Origin: Chloroflexota bacterium | GTDB taxonomy: Bacteria > Chloroflexota > Dehalococcoidia > DSTF01 > RBG-16-68-14 | DNA: 64,000 nt | Assembly: GCA_022565155.1 (NCBI GenBank) | Contig: JADFKB010000001.1 | Location: forward strand, 17,170-81,169 | Direction of reading: 5' to 3' | Part shown: piece after piece, positions 51,432 through 61,856 of the stretch | How positions within the stretch are numbered: position 1 is the stretch's first letter | How the letters are laid out: the number at the start of each line of letters is the position of its first letter | Made by a program: the position numbers and the translations under genes | Notes under the pieces: model-generated | What the model was told of the DNA's origin: nothing | What the model saw: only the letters and a program-made list of their open reading frames with translations | The model's database searches: none

Positions 51432-52451
51432 CTAGCTGGCGCCGCTCTCGCCTACGGGCACTCTCTCCGCGGTTAGTTCTCCATCCGAGGGAACATCTAG
51501 CCGGAACAGTTCGCCCACGGAACGGCCGCTGTGGATGCGGCTGATCGCTTCGCCGAGGAGCGGAGCCAACGTCAACTGGGTGAGTTTCGGGATCTGCTTC
51601 TCGGGCGAAATCGGCACGGTATCCGTCACTACCAGCTCCACGATTGAGCTGGCGCGGAAGCGGTCGATTGCGGAGCCGGAGAGCAGCCCGTGCGTACAGG
51701 CGACGTAGATCTCCACCACATCCCGCTCCATCAGCGCGTCTGCTGAGTTAAGAATCGTCGCGCCGGTAAGGATCTCGTCATCCACAATCAACGCTCGCTT
51801 ACCGCTTACCTCGCCAATCACGTTCAGCACCGTGCTCTGCTCGTCGTTGCCAGTCCGGCGCTTCTCGATGACGGCAAGCGGGGCGTTGAGGCTCTGCGCC
51901 ACGTTGCGCGCCCGCTTCGACGATCCAACGTCTGAGGCGACGACGACGAGGTTGTCCAACCGCTTTTCTAGGAAGTATCGGCTGATCATGAAGAGCGCCG
52001 TCAGCTCGTCGACGGGGATGTTGAAGAAGCCCTGGATCTGCCCAGCGTGCAGATCGACAGTCAGCAGTCGATCTGCTCCGGCCGTCTCGATCAGGTTGGC
52101 CATTAGGCGAGCAGTGATCGGCACGCGCGGCTGGTCCTTCTTATCGCTCCGGCCGTAGGCGTAGTACGGCACCACGGCGGTGACGCGCCCGGCCGAGGCC
52201 CGCTTCATCGCATCGATCATGATCAGCAACTCCATGATCCGCGTATGCACCGGCGGGACCATGGGCTGGACGATGAAGACATCGCGTTGGCGTACGTTCT
52301 CTTCAATACGAACGAAGACGTTCTCGTTGCTGAACTCAGAGACCTCACACGCCCCTAGCTGCATCTGCAGGTAGCTACAGATCGAGTGGGCGAGCTCGGG
52401 ATGGGCGTTTCCGCTGAAGATCCGTAGGTCCTGGTACAGGGCTTGTTCCAT
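51432..52451 (-). CDS. prs: Ribose-phosphate pyrophosphokinase
   Basis: PYYAYGRSDKK, DLHAGQIQGFF, VVTDTVP; start chosen by RBS spacing. Confidence 0.94.
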   Translation of the reverse strand: MEQALYQDLRIFSGNAHPELAHSICSYLQMQLGACEVSEFSNENVFVRIEENVRQRDVFIVQPMVPPVHTRIMELLIMIDAMKRASAGRVTAVVPYYAYGRSDKKDQPRVPITARLMANLIETAGADRLLTVDLHAGQIQGFFNIPVDELTALFMISRYFLEKRLDNLVVVASDVGSSKRARNVAQSLNAPLAVIEKRRTGNDEQSTVLNVIGEVSGKRALIVDDEILTGATILNSADALMERDVVEIYVACTHGLLSGSAIDRFRASSIVELVVTDTVPISPEKQIPKLTQLTLAPLLGEAISRIHSGRSVGELFRLDVPSDGELTAERVPVGESGAS

Positions 52452-52615
52452 CCGCATGCCTCTCCATTTTGAACGCGCTGACGCTGAGATAGCGCACGGG
52501 CCGGGCGAGGACTGCATGTCCTTACAACCGGCCCGCGCCCTCTCACGTCTATCTGGTAGACATCAGAACTATACCATATGGGCGGCCCAGGTTCGAGTCT
52601 GGAGGAGCGATCGGC

Positions 52616-53695
52616 TCAGTTGTAGTAGTCGTACACGGCGAGCGAGAGCTCGGCGATGGGCGTCGCGCCGTCTTCGTAGTAGCCGTAATCAGTGAGGACG
52701 ACGATGATGTAGGTGACGACGGGCGAGAAGACGATGCCGGCATCGTGCGTGGCGTCCTCCCAGTTGCCCGTCTTATGCGCAACCTGTGTGCCGATCGGCA
52801 GGAGAGCCGGCAGCCTGTTCACGATCGATTCGGATATGAGGAGGGCGAGCATCTCTTCGCTCGCGTCGTCACTGACCGCCTGCCGCATAGCAATCGCCTC
52901 CAGCAGCAGCGCCATATCGCCGGCGGTGGTGGGCAGCGATTCGTCGGCGGTGAACCCGGAGTTCTCCAGGCCCAGGCTGCGCAGGGTCAGGTTCGCATTG
53001 CCAGCGCCCACTCGATCGAGGAGGAGGATGGCGGCGACGTTGTCGGATCGTCTCATCGCCCGATCCAGCGCTTCGAGGACCGTCACCTCTTCGCACGCCT
53101 CTAACTCGCCCGGATTGAGCTTGAACTCCTCGTAGTAGCCGGAGACGAGATACCGCTCATCCCAATCGAGCAGGCCTGCCTTCTGCTGATGGTAGGCCTC
53201 CAGCATCACCCACGTCTTGTAGAGGCTGGCGGCGTAGAACTCGCGGCCGGGATCGAGTACGACGCCGCTGCCATCAGCCAGGTTCTTGACGACGACTGCG
53301 AAGTGGTCGATCTGGTCGCCGAGCGACGCCCGCACGAGTGAATCGAGCGCGGGATCGTGGACGAACGGCAGTGGGTCGTATGAGGCAAGCGGCGCCGGCG
53401 AGCCCTCCGGCACGATCCTGATCGGGGCGCCGGGCGTCGGTTCGTAAGGAGCGCCCGCTAGATACGGATCCTGACACGGGGCCTCGGCGAAGGGCGGCGG
53501 CGTCAGCGCCGGCGTGCTCGGCTGCGCCGTGGCGGAGGCGAGCGGAGCGATGGGCGTAGCCGTAGCGGCCAGCGTGGGACTCGCGCTCCGAAGGGTGGTA
53601 TCGCCGTCACCGCCGCCGCACGATGCGAGCAGCAATGCCAGCGCGGGCAGTGCCAAGACTCGAAGGGCGATCGGCGGCGCGGGCAGAGCCGCCAT
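52616..53695 (-). CDS. Class A beta-lactamase-like serine hydrolase lipoprotein
   Basis: Lipobox LASC, SLYK (SxxK), SDN, HKTG. Confidence 0.85.
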   Translation of the reverse strand: MAALPAPPIALRVLALPALALLLASCGGGDGDTTLRSASPTLAATATPIAPLASATAQPSTPALTPPPFAEAPCQDPYLAGAPYEPTPGAPIRIVPEGSPAPLASYDPLPFVHDPALDSLVRASLGDQIDHFAVVVKNLADGSGVVLDPGREFYAASLYKTWVMLEAYHQQKAGLLDWDERYLVSGYYEEFKLNPGELEACEEVTVLEALDRAMRRSDNVAAILLLDRVGAGNANLTLRSLGLENSGFTADESLPTTAGDMALLLEAIAMRQAVSDDASEEMLALLISESIVNRLPALLPIGTQVAHKTGNWEDATHDAGIVFSPVVTYIIVVLTDYGYYEDGATPIAELSLAVYDYYN

Positions 53696-53697
53696 GG

Positions 53698-54954
53698 CTA
53701 CGGCGCTCCCGCGCCCTGCTCGTCCAGGAGCGTGCGGCGGAGCATGGCGAGAGCGATGCTGACGGCGCGCCTCTTGACCGCCTCCCGGCCCTGGGCGAAC
53801 TGGTAGCTGAAGCTCTGCGGCTCCGCGAAGCCGGCGTCGATGCCGATGTGGATCGTGCCGGCTGGCTTCTCCTCCTGCGGGTCCGGCCCGGCAACGCCGG
53901 TGATGCCGACGCCGATGTCGGCGGTTAGCCGCTCGCGGACGGCGCGGGACATCGCCTGGGCGCACTCGGCGCTGATCGCGCCGTGCTCGGCGATCACTTC
54001 TGGATCGACGCCCCATTCGACCTTCATCTCCGTGGCATAAGCGACAAGTCCGCCGCGAAAGTACGCGGAGCTGCCCGGCACGTTGGTAAGCGTGTGCGCG
54101 AGCAGCCCGCCGGTGCACGATTCCATCGTCGCCAACGTTAGGTTGCGCTGCCGCAGCAGCTCGCCGACGACCTGTTCCATCGAATCGTCGTCCGCGCCCC
54201 AGACGATGTCGCCTAAGATCGCGCGCATCTTCGCTTCCAGCGGCTCGATCAGCCGCTGCGCCTCATCCCGGCTGCCGGCCTTCGCGGCGATGCGGAGCTG
54301 GACACCGTCGGCCCGCGCGTACACGCCGACGCTCGGGTTGCTCGACTTCAGAAGCGGACTGACCATCTCATCGATGTGGCCTTCGCCAACGCCCGTCGTC
54401 TTCAGCGTCCGCGTCACCAGGACGGAGCGCGGAGCGTCTGCGCGCGACTCTAGCGCCGGCGCCACCTCCTTCTCCCACATGCGCTCCATCTCCGAAGGCG
54501 GGCCCGGCATCGCGACGATGATGCGCCCGTCGCGCTCCACCCACCAGCCGGGCGCCGTACCGCGCGGGTTGGGAATGGCGCGCGCAGAAGGAATCAGCAT
54601 CGCTTGTTTCAGGTTGCGCTCCGGCATCGCCGCGCCGCGCCGCGCGAAGAACTCGCGGAGCTGGTCTGCCAGCTCGCCGTCGAGACGCAGCTCTTCGTCC
54701 AGCACCTTGCCGATCGCCTCGCGCGTCAGATCGTCTTCAGTCGGGCCGAGACCGCCGGTAGTGATCACTAAATCCGAGCGATTCCAGGCCCGCTCGATCA
54801 CGCCGGCCAGCCGCTCAAGATTGTCGCCGACCTTCGAAATGTAGTAGAGATCGATGCCGTGTGCCGGCAGGCGCGCGCCGAGATACCGGGCGTTGGTATC
54901 CAGAATCTCGCCCAGAAGCAGCTCCGTACCGATCGAGATCACTTCCGCCTTCAT
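53698..54954 (-). CDS. cinA: CinA (MocF plus NMN deamidase PncC fusion)
   Basis: IGTELLLG, TGGLGPTEDD, ESCTGG, TGVAGP. Confidence 0.94.
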   Translation of the reverse strand: MKAEVISIGTELLLGEILDTNARYLGARLPAHGIDLYYISKVGDNLERLAGVIERAWNRSDLVITTGGLGPTEDDLTREAIGKVLDEELRLDGELADQLREFFARRGAAMPERNLKQAMLIPSARAIPNPRGTAPGWWVERDGRIIVAMPGPPSEMERMWEKEVAPALESRADAPRSVLVTRTLKTTGVGEGHIDEMVSPLLKSSNPSVGVYARADGVQLRIAAKAGSRDEAQRLIEPLEAKMRAILGDIVWGADDDSMEQVVGELLRQRNLTLATMESCTGGLLAHTLTNVPGSSAYFRGGLVAYATEMKVEWGVDPEVIAEHGAISAECAQAMSRAVRERLTADIGVGITGVAGPDPQEEKPAGTIHIGIDAGFAEPQSFSYQFAQGREAVKRRAVSIALAMLRRTLLDEQGAGAP

Positions 54955-55126
54955 AGGCGAGGGCAGCATATGACACGGCTTCGCATCCGTCAAGGTGCCG
55001 TACGCCGCGCAGTGTTTCTTAACAGACCCGTCAGTCTTCTCTAGGGACTGCCGATACTAACATAGCGATGCTCCAGGTTATTTGGTTGGGTATTGACCTA
55101 TACAGTATGTCAGTCCTAGGAAATCG

Positions 55127-56836
55127 ATGGTAGAAGAAGCGGACACTCGCAATCCGCCCGGACAGCATCATGAGGAGCAGTCCCGTGAACCGCTCCGGCG
55201 CGTGAACCAGGAATTGGAAGAGCGCGTCCGGGAACGCACCGCCCTCTACGAGCTGGCCAATGCGGCGTTGCAGGAGAGCGAAGAGCGCCTGCGTACCGTG
55301 ATCGGTAACGCCCCGGTCGTGCTATTCGCGCTGGACACCGAGGGCGTCTTTACGTTGGCGGAAGGGAAGGGGCTGGATGATCTCGGCATCGCGCCGGACG
55401 AGCTTGTCGGCCGGCCGGTGTTCGATATGTTCGCCAGCCAGCCGGAAGTTCACGAGAGCGTGCGCAAGGCGCTCGCCGGTGAGCCGGCTACGACCATGGT
55501 CGGCATCAATACCGCGTTTGAGGCGCGGCTGTCGCCGGTGCGGGACGAGGACGGCAACGTCACCGGCGTCATCGGCGTGGCGACGGATATCACGGAGCGC
55601 AAGCAAGCGGAGGAGTCGCTACAGCGATTCGTCTCGCTCATTGAAAACAGCTCCGACTTCATCGGTATGGCGAACCTTGACGGACAAGTAACGTTCGTCA
55701 ACGAGGCCGGGCTGGAGCTGGTGGGACTGAAGAGTCTTGAAGACGCTCAGTCGCTAACCATGTACGAGTTCTTGATGGAAGACGACCTGCCAACGTTTGA
55801 GCGGCAGATGCTGCCAGAGATCATGGAGAAGGGACGCTGGCAAGGGGAATTCAGGCTCAGGCACTTCAAGTCCGGCGCGGGAATCCCTATCGACTTCAAC
55901 GTCTTCACGATTAGCCACGAGGAGACCGGCGAACCGTTCGGCATCGCCACAGTGAGCCGTGACATCACGGAGCGCAAGCGGATACAAGAAGAGATCGGCG
56001 TTCTAGCGAGATTCCCGGCGGAGAATCCCAGCCCTGTCTTACGCATCGGGCAAGATGGAACGATCATCTACGCCAACAACCCAAGCCTGCCTCTGCTACA
56101 AGCCTGGGGCTGCAAGATTGGCCAACCGCTGCGCAAGGACTGGCAGCCGTTGATCTCGGAGGTGCTCGCCTCCGGCTCGACGAGGGAAGTAGAGAGCGAT
56201 TGCGAGGACTTGATCTTTTCTATTACCTTTGCGCCGGTTCCGGAGGCCGGGTATGTCAATCTATACGGTCGTGACATCACCGAAAGTAAGCGCGTGGAGC
56301 AAGCGCTGCGCGACGCCGCTAACCACGATCCGCTCACCGGCCTGCTCAACCGCCGGGCCGGCAACACCGCCATCGAAGAGCGGCTGACGGAAGCGCAGGG
56401 TAACAACAAGACCTTCGTCATGATGGTGCTCGATCTCGACAGGTTCAAGTCGATCAACGACTCGTTCGGCCACGAGACGGGCGATGCGGCGCTGGTGCAG
56501 TTCGCCGACGTGCTGTCCGAGCTCGTCGGCGAGAGCGGCGTTGTCTGCCGCATCGGCGGCGACGAGTTCGGCGTTGGGATGGAAGACGTAGACGAAGATC
56601 AGGCCTTCAGCTTCGCCCGCCGCGTGCAGACCTCCCTCCGCCACGCCCTGGCAAGTTCAGACAGTGCGTTGCGGCCGCAGTTCACCGTTAGCGTCGGCAT
56701 CGCCTGCTATCCGGACGACGGCGATAATGTGTCTATCCTCGGCCGCCGCGCAGACCGGGCGATGTACGAGGCGAAGGTCGCCGGCTGCGACACGAGCCGG
56801 GCCTGGCGTCAGATCGATTCCAGCCAAGCCGCGTAG
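55127..56836 (+). CDS. Multi-PAS diguanylate cyclase
   Basis: Three PAS/PAC units ending in DITE, HDPLTGLLNRR, GGDEF. Confidence 0.92.
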   Translation: MVEEADTRNPPGQHHEEQSREPLRRVNQELEERVRERTALYELANAALQESEERLRTVIGNAPVVLFALDTEGVFTLAEGKGLDDLGIAPDELVGRPVFDMFASQPEVHESVRKALAGEPATTMVGINTAFEARLSPVRDEDGNVTGVIGVATDITERKQAEESLQRFVSLIENSSDFIGMANLDGQVTFVNEAGLELVGLKSLEDAQSLTMYEFLMEDDLPTFERQMLPEIMEKGRWQGEFRLRHFKSGAGIPIDFNVFTISHEETGEPFGIATVSRDITERKRIQEEIGVLARFPAENPSPVLRIGQDGTIIYANNPSLPLLQAWGCKIGQPLRKDWQPLISEVLASGSTREVESDCEDLIFSITFAPVPEAGYVNLYGRDITESKRVEQALRDAANHDPLTGLLNRRAGNTAIEERLTEAQGNNKTFVMMVLDLDRFKSINDSFGHETGDAALVQFADVLSELVGESGVVCRIGGDEFGVGMEDVDEDQAFSFARRVQTSLRHALASSDSALRPQFTVSVGIACYPDDGDNVSILGRRADRAMYEAKVAGCDTSRAWRQIDSSQAA

Positions 56837-57033
56837 CAGAGTTCCTTCATAACGCAACGCCGCTCATCGTCGGCACTCCTCTCCGCGCAGCCAGCAACGC
56901 CTGATCCCTCCCGGCGCATGGGCCAGCGGCGGCTTGACTCGATTTCCAACCCAGGGCTACCATCCAATGGGCGCGCAGCCCGAACGAACGGATTACACCT
57001 GCCCGCCGAACGGGCTGGGCGCCCTGATGCTCT

Positions 57034-57873
57034 ATGCGTTTCCGCGAAAAGCTGAACTCCGCCGCCCAGAAGAACAGCAGCCTGCTCTGCGTCGGGCTGG
57101 ATCCCGATCCGGCGCGCGTGGCCATCGGCGACGCCGCCTCCTTCCTCTGCGCCATCGTTGAGGCGACGAGCGATCTGGTCTGCGCCTACAAGCCCAACCT
57201 CGCCTTCTACGAGCAGATGGGCGAAGCCGGCTACGCCGCCCTGCGCGCAGTGATGCGGGCGATACCGGATCACATTCCGGTGCTGGCCGACGGCAAGCGC
57301 GGCGACATCGGCCACACGGCAGCGGCATATGCCAGCGCGCTCTTCGACGAGTGGGGGTTCGATGCGGCGACGGTCAACCCGTACTTAGGCGGAGATGCAG
57401 TCGAACCGTTCGTCGAGTACGCGGACCGCGGTATCTTCATCGTCTGCCGCACCTCCAACCCCGGCGCGCGCGATCTGCAGGACCTCAGCGTGAGCGGGAG
57501 CGAAGGCCCGCGTCCGCTGTACCAGGCCGTCGCGGAACTGGCGAAGCAGTGGAACAGCCGCGGCAACGTCGGCCTCGTCACCGGCGCGACGTACCCGGAT
57601 GAGCTTGGAGAGCTTCGGCAGCTCTGCCCGGAGATGCCGTTCCTGATTCCCGGCGTCGGAGCGCAGGCCGGCGACTTGGCGAAGGCCGTGCGGGCCGGCC
57701 TGGACGCGGACGGCGGCGGCATCCTGGTCAACGCCTCCCGCAAGGTGCTCTACGCATCGCAAGAAACCGGGCAAGGAACCGGCTTTGCAGAAGCAGCACG
57801 CCGCGAGGCGCTCGCGATCCGCGATGCCATCGAAGCTGAGCGCAGCGCCGCGCGTGCAGGACCAGCGGCCTAA
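57034..57873 (+). CDS. pyrF: Orotidine-5'-phosphate decarboxylase
   Basis: LCVGLDP, KPNLAFY, DGKRGDIGHT, PGVGAQAG. Confidence 0.95.
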   Translation: MRFREKLNSAAQKNSSLLCVGLDPDPARVAIGDAASFLCAIVEATSDLVCAYKPNLAFYEQMGEAGYAALRAVMRAIPDHIPVLADGKRGDIGHTAAAYASALFDEWGFDAATVNPYLGGDAVEPFVEYADRGIFIVCRTSNPGARDLQDLSVSGSEGPRPLYQAVAELAKQWNSRGNVGLVTGATYPDELGELRQLCPEMPFLIPGVGAQAGDLAKAVRAGLDADGGGILVNASRKVLYASQETGQGTGFAEAARREALAIRDAIEAERSAARAGPAA

Positions 57874-57874
57874 C

Positions 57875-58144
57875 ATGCCGGAGGAGTTCCGGATGGGCGA
57901 CGTGGTGCGCTTACGCAAACCCCATCCCTGCGGCGCTTCCGAATGGGAGGTGACGAGGCTAGGAGCCGACATCGGCTTACGCTGCCGTGGCTGCCACCGC
58001 CGCGTGCTGCTGGAACGCCGGACGCTAGAGCGGCGCATGCAAACGTTCGTCTCCCGCGGCGAGCCGACGGACCCTGAGAAGGAGCGGCTGATCTATCATC
58101 AAGGCGACTGGCAGGACGAACGGCAGGACGAGCCGACGGCATGA
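57875..58144 (+). CDS. DUF951 family protein
   Basis: GDVVRLRKPHPCG..W...RLGADI..RCRGC. Confidence 0.88.
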   Translation: MPEEFRMGDVVRLRKPHPCGASEWEVTRLGADIGLRCRGCHRRVLLERRTLERRMQTFVSRGEPTDPEKERLIYHQGDWQDERQDEPTA

Positions 58145-59508
58145 CGGTCGAAGAGACGACGAAGACCAAGCCGCGATCGTGGCGCTGGGAGTCGCTGACC
58201 GGCGGCGGCGCAATCCTTCAAGAAGACGGCTTCCGCCGACTCTGGATGGGCCGCGTCGCCGCCCACAGCGCGCTCAATGCAGTTCTCTTTACGCTGCTGG
58301 TGCTGGCCGTGGGTGAGGGGAGCGGCGCCGGCATCAAGAGCGCCCTCTTCATTACTGCCTACCTGCTACCAACGGCCACGCTGGGCACGATCTCCGGCGT
58401 TCTCGTTGACCGGCTGCCGAAGAACCTGGTGCTCACCGGCGTCAACCTTGCGCGGATGGGCCTGATGATCGTCCTGCTGATGTCCAGCACGCAGCTCTGG
58501 ATCGTCTACGCGATAGCGCTGCTCGTCGCCGTCACGTCACAGCTCGCGTCGCCAGCGGAGGCGGCGGCGCTGCCGCAGGTCGTGCGCCGCGATCAGTTGA
58601 CGCTGGCGAACTCGACGAACAACTTCGGCGCGCTGGTGAGCCAGGTCGTCGGCTTCGCCGTCCTGCCGCCCATGTTCCTCAACACCGTTGGCGCCAGACC
58701 GCTCTTCTTCGTCGCCGCGGTGCTCTTCGGCGTCTCCGCAGTCTTCTTCCTCGGCATCCGCAGCCTGGGACCACGACGGGTCAACATCGACGATACGATC
58801 GGCGCGGTACGCGATGTGCGCAAACACTTCGCGGAGAGCTGGGAGCGGCTCAGTCGAGACCTTATGGCGTACATGAGCGTGATCATCCTCGTCCTGGCGA
58901 GCACCGCCACCCTGGTGGCCGTAACGCTGATGCCTCGATTCGCCCAGGACACGCTGGATATCCCTGTGCGGAACGCGATCTTTGTTTTTCTGCCGGCGGC
59001 CGTTGGCGTCGTCGCCGGCCTGCGGCTTGTGCAGTGGTTGGAGCGCCGCCTGGCGCAGGGCTGGCTCATTGGCGCCGGGTTCGTGCTGCTTGTATCTTCT
59101 TTCGCCGGTCTCGCCCTGACCGAGCCCTTGGCGGACGTACTGGAGAGCGGCAACCCCCTCGGCTTCTTCGACCCCGGGCCGTTCGGAGACACCTCCGCGC
59201 GGATCGTCGTCACGATCATGTTCTCGACCATCGCGGCCTTTTCGTTCTCGGTCCTGGGCGTGGCCAGTCGCTCTCTGGTGAACCAGCGTATACCTTTGGA
59301 GATGCAGGGCCGTGTTTTCGCAGCGCAGGTGGTGCTGACCAACCTGGCATCGATACCACCGATCTTGCTGGCCGGCCTGCTGTCGGAGCTGTTGGGAGTG
59401 GAACCCGTGATGTTCTTCACCATGCTCATCCTGCTGGGCGCGGCGGCCTGGGCGTTAGCGCGCGCGTTATCGCGCCCGCAACCTATGGATTATGCTGAAG
59501 CGAGTTGA
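58141..59508 (+). CDS. MFS transporter
   Basis: SGVLVDRLPK, MQGRVFA, multiple TMs. Confidence 0.86.
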   Translation: MTVEETTKTKPRSWRWESLTGGGAILQEDGFRRLWMGRVAAHSALNAVLFTLLVLAVGEGSGAGIKSALFITAYLLPTATLGTISGVLVDRLPKNLVLTGVNLARMGLMIVLLMSSTQLWIVYAIALLVAVTSQLASPAEAAALPQVVRRDQLTLANSTNNFGALVSQVVGFAVLPPMFLNTVGARPLFFVAAVLFGVSAVFFLGIRSLGPRRVNIDDTIGAVRDVRKHFAESWERLSRDLMAYMSVIILVLASTATLVAVTLMPRFAQDTLDIPVRNAIFVFLPAAVGVVAGLRLVQWLERRLAQGWLIGAGFVLLVSSFAGLALTEPLADVLESGNPLGFFDPGPFGDTSARIVVTIMFSTIAAFSFSVLGVASRSLVNQRIPLEMQGRVFAAQVVLTNLASIPPILLAGLLSELLGVEPVMFFTMLILLGAAAWALARALSRPQPMDYAEAS

Positions 59509-60901
59509 AGTGGCGTCCCACGAGACAGCGGAGCACGTACCGCCGGTTCTCTCCAACCGGAGCTTCCGCCTGCTCTGGTTGGCGCAGATCACGTCACAAA
59601 CGGCCCAGAACGCGATCCTCTACGCTCTGATCATCGTCGTTCTCGGCCTAACGGAGTCGACGACGAACGCGAGCGGCGTGATACTAGCCTTCGTCATTCC
59701 GATCGCGCTCTTCGGCGTCTTTTCCGGCGTGCTCGTCGATCGTTGGGACAAGCGCCGGTTGTTGATCCTGACGAACATCGGCCGGGCGCTGATGGCGGTG
59801 GCGTTTTTCTTCGCCCGCGAGCACGTGTGGGCGCTCTACTCCATCACCGTCGTCTTCGCCAGCTTCAGCCAGCTCTTCACGACGAGCAGCGCGACCTCGA
59901 TCCCGTTCATCGTCTCGCGCAAGCAGCTCATCTCCGCGAACAGCCTCTACAGCGGCGGCTTCACCGTCGCCCAGGTCGCAGGGCTGATCGTCCTCTCGCC
60001 AACGATATTGAAGACCGCGGGCGCCGGGGTCCTATTCATTAGCATGGCCGTCGTCTTCATCGTCGCCAGTCTGCTCGCTCGCTTCCAGCCGCACATCGGC
60101 GACGACGATGATGAGCATTCGTACAGCGCCTTCCCAGGCCGCGAGGAGTTGCGCGGCGCGGCGTCCGAGTTCCTGAAGGCGCTGAGCGGGCTGCGCGCCG
60201 ACCCGCTCTCCGCGCTGGCGATGGGACACATCGCGCTTAGCAGCACGCTGATCCTGCTCTTCGCGATCTTAATCCCGCGCTACATGCAGGCGATCCTTGA
60301 GGTCTCCGCAGACGACGCCGTCGTCGTGTTCGCGCCGGTCGCCGTCGGCGCCCTGCTCGGCCTGCGCTTCGTGCCCTGGGTGGTGTCGCGACTGGGGAAT
60401 ACCCGCACGGTCGCGATCGGCCTCTTCGGCCTCGCCCTCTCTCTCGGCGCGCTCGGCTTCGTCGAGATGATCGGCGATGCGTTGGAGCGTACGGAGACGT
60501 TCAACCCGTTCGGCGCCGATCCGTTCTTCGGCCGCTCGATCCTCGTCACGCTCACCACGATCTTCGCCGGCCCCATGGGCTTCGCATACGCTATGCTGAA
60601 CACGCCGGCCCAGACGACGCTGCATGAGCGCACGCCCGTCGAGATGCGCGGGCGGGTGATCGCATCGCAGATGGTGCTCGCAAACGGAGTAGCGCTTATC
60701 CCGCTAGTGGTGATGGGTGGAATTGCCGACCTTTATGGTGTCAGTACAGTGATACTCGCGATCAGCGCGTTCCTAGTAGGAGCGGGAGTGTTCAGCCTCT
60801 ACTTAGAACGGCGCTGGTTGCAGGGCGAGGGCGATTGGCCGCCCCCGTCGGCGGGCGGCCACCCGCCCCAGGCGGTGCCAGGTTCGATTGACACGGAATA
60901 G
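59492..60901 (+). CDS. MFS transporter
   Basis: SGVLVDRWDKR, MRGRV, multiple TMs. Confidence 0.86.
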   Translation: MLKRVEVASHETAEHVPPVLSNRSFRLLWLAQITSQTAQNAILYALIIVVLGLTESTTNASGVILAFVIPIALFGVFSGVLVDRWDKRRLLILTNIGRALMAVAFFFAREHVWALYSITVVFASFSQLFTTSSATSIPFIVSRKQLISANSLYSGGFTVAQVAGLIVLSPTILKTAGAGVLFISMAVVFIVASLLARFQPHIGDDDDEHSYSAFPGREELRGAASEFLKALSGLRADPLSALAMGHIALSSTLILLFAILIPRYMQAILEVSADDAVVVFAPVAVGALLGLRFVPWVVSRLGNTRTVAIGLFGLALSLGALGFVEMIGDALERTETFNPFGADPFFGRSILVTLTTIFAGPMGFAYAMLNTPAQTTLHERTPVEMRGRVIASQMVLANGVALIPLVVMGGIADLYGVSTVILAISAFLVGAGVFSLYLERRWLQGEGDWPPPSAGGHPPQAVPGSIDTE

Positions 60902-60941
60902 AGGCGTCGGCTAGACTGACTTTGATCGAGGAGGTGCAACG

Positions 60942-61481
60942 TTGATCGAGATGTCCATCGAAGGCATCCGCGTGAGCCTGATGAACTATCAACGGGTGGT
61001 CATCCTAAAAGAGAAAGAGGCTGACCGTTACCTCCCGATCTGGATCGGCCCCGCTGAAGCGGATGCGATCACCGTTCGACTCCAAGATGTCGCCGTCGCC
61101 CGTCCGCTTACGCACGATCTGCTTCGTGACGTGATGGAGAAGCTGGGCGCCCAGGTAGAATGCGTGGTCGTCAACGACCTGGAGGACGACACTTTCTTCG
61201 CGCGTATCATGATTAGCTTCAATGGCGAGCAGATCGAGATCGACTCCCGGCCGAGCGACGCGATCGCCCTCGCGGTGCGTGTGCAAGTGCCGATCTACGC
61301 TGAGGACGCTGTCTTGGACAAGGCGGGCGTAAGGCTGGACAAGGAAGGCCAGCCGCTAGAAGCGGCGGCGCACCAGGAGACGATCAGCAAGGTGAACGAA
61401 GAGGAGCTGCAACGCATGTCCGCCTTCCGCGACTTCATTGAGAGTCTGGACCTGGACGACTTCGACAAGCGCAAATCATAG
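60942..61481 (+). CDS. Bifunctional nuclease (DUF151) family protein
   Basis: LPIWIGPAEA, RPLTHDL, DSRPSDAIALA. Confidence 0.92.
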   Translation: MIEMSIEGIRVSLMNYQRVVILKEKEADRYLPIWIGPAEADAITVRLQDVAVARPLTHDLLRDVMEKLGAQVECVVVNDLEDDTFFARIMISFNGEQIEIDSRPSDAIALAVRVQVPIYAEDAVLDKAGVRLDKEGQPLEAAAHQETISKVNEEELQRMSAFRDFIESLDLDDFDKRKS

Positions 61482-61504
61482 CTACCAGCCGAATCTAGAT
61501 ATCG

Positions 61505-61533
61505 AAGCGCCCCGAGCAATCGGGGCGCTTTCT
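61505..61533 (+). terminator. Intrinsic terminator
   Basis: AAGCGCCCCGA-GCAA-TCGGGGCGCTT-TCT. Confidence 0.75.
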
Positions 61534-61630
61534 CATTGCGCGGCATGCTCCTTCGCATCAGTTGATCGTGCGAACCTTTTGTGATAGTCTTCCCAAAGTC
61601 GCGAGGGCAGGATACTAATAGAGGGTTGAT

Positions 61631-61846
61631 ATGGACCGTCTGCCACCCGCTGCGCGGCTCATTGGCATCGGCTGGTTTTTTGCCACATGCATCGTCATCG
61701 GGGTCGTTGGTGGCGTCCTGCTTGACCGGATTGCAGACACTCGCCCACTGCTGACCCTGTCCGGGATGGCGTTAGGAATGCTTACCGCCTTTTACGGCGG
61801 CTATCGCATGATCATGGACGTTTTGCAACAGAACGGCAAGGAGTAA
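61631..61846 (+). CDS. AtpZ/AtpI family (ATP synthase gene 1) protein
   Basis: Two TMs, G.LLD....T.P pattern; first gene of the atp operon. Confidence 0.82.
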   Translation: MDRLPPAARLIGIGWFFATCIVIGVVGGVLLDRIADTRPLLTLSGMALGMLTAFYGGYRMIMDVLQQNGKE

Positions 61847-61856
61847 GCACAGCACC

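Noticed and set aside
52616-53695. Acquired beta-lactam resistance gene
   Set aside because: SxxK/SDN/KTG lipoprotein in a housekeeping context with host-like composition; more likely a cell-wall serine hydrolase
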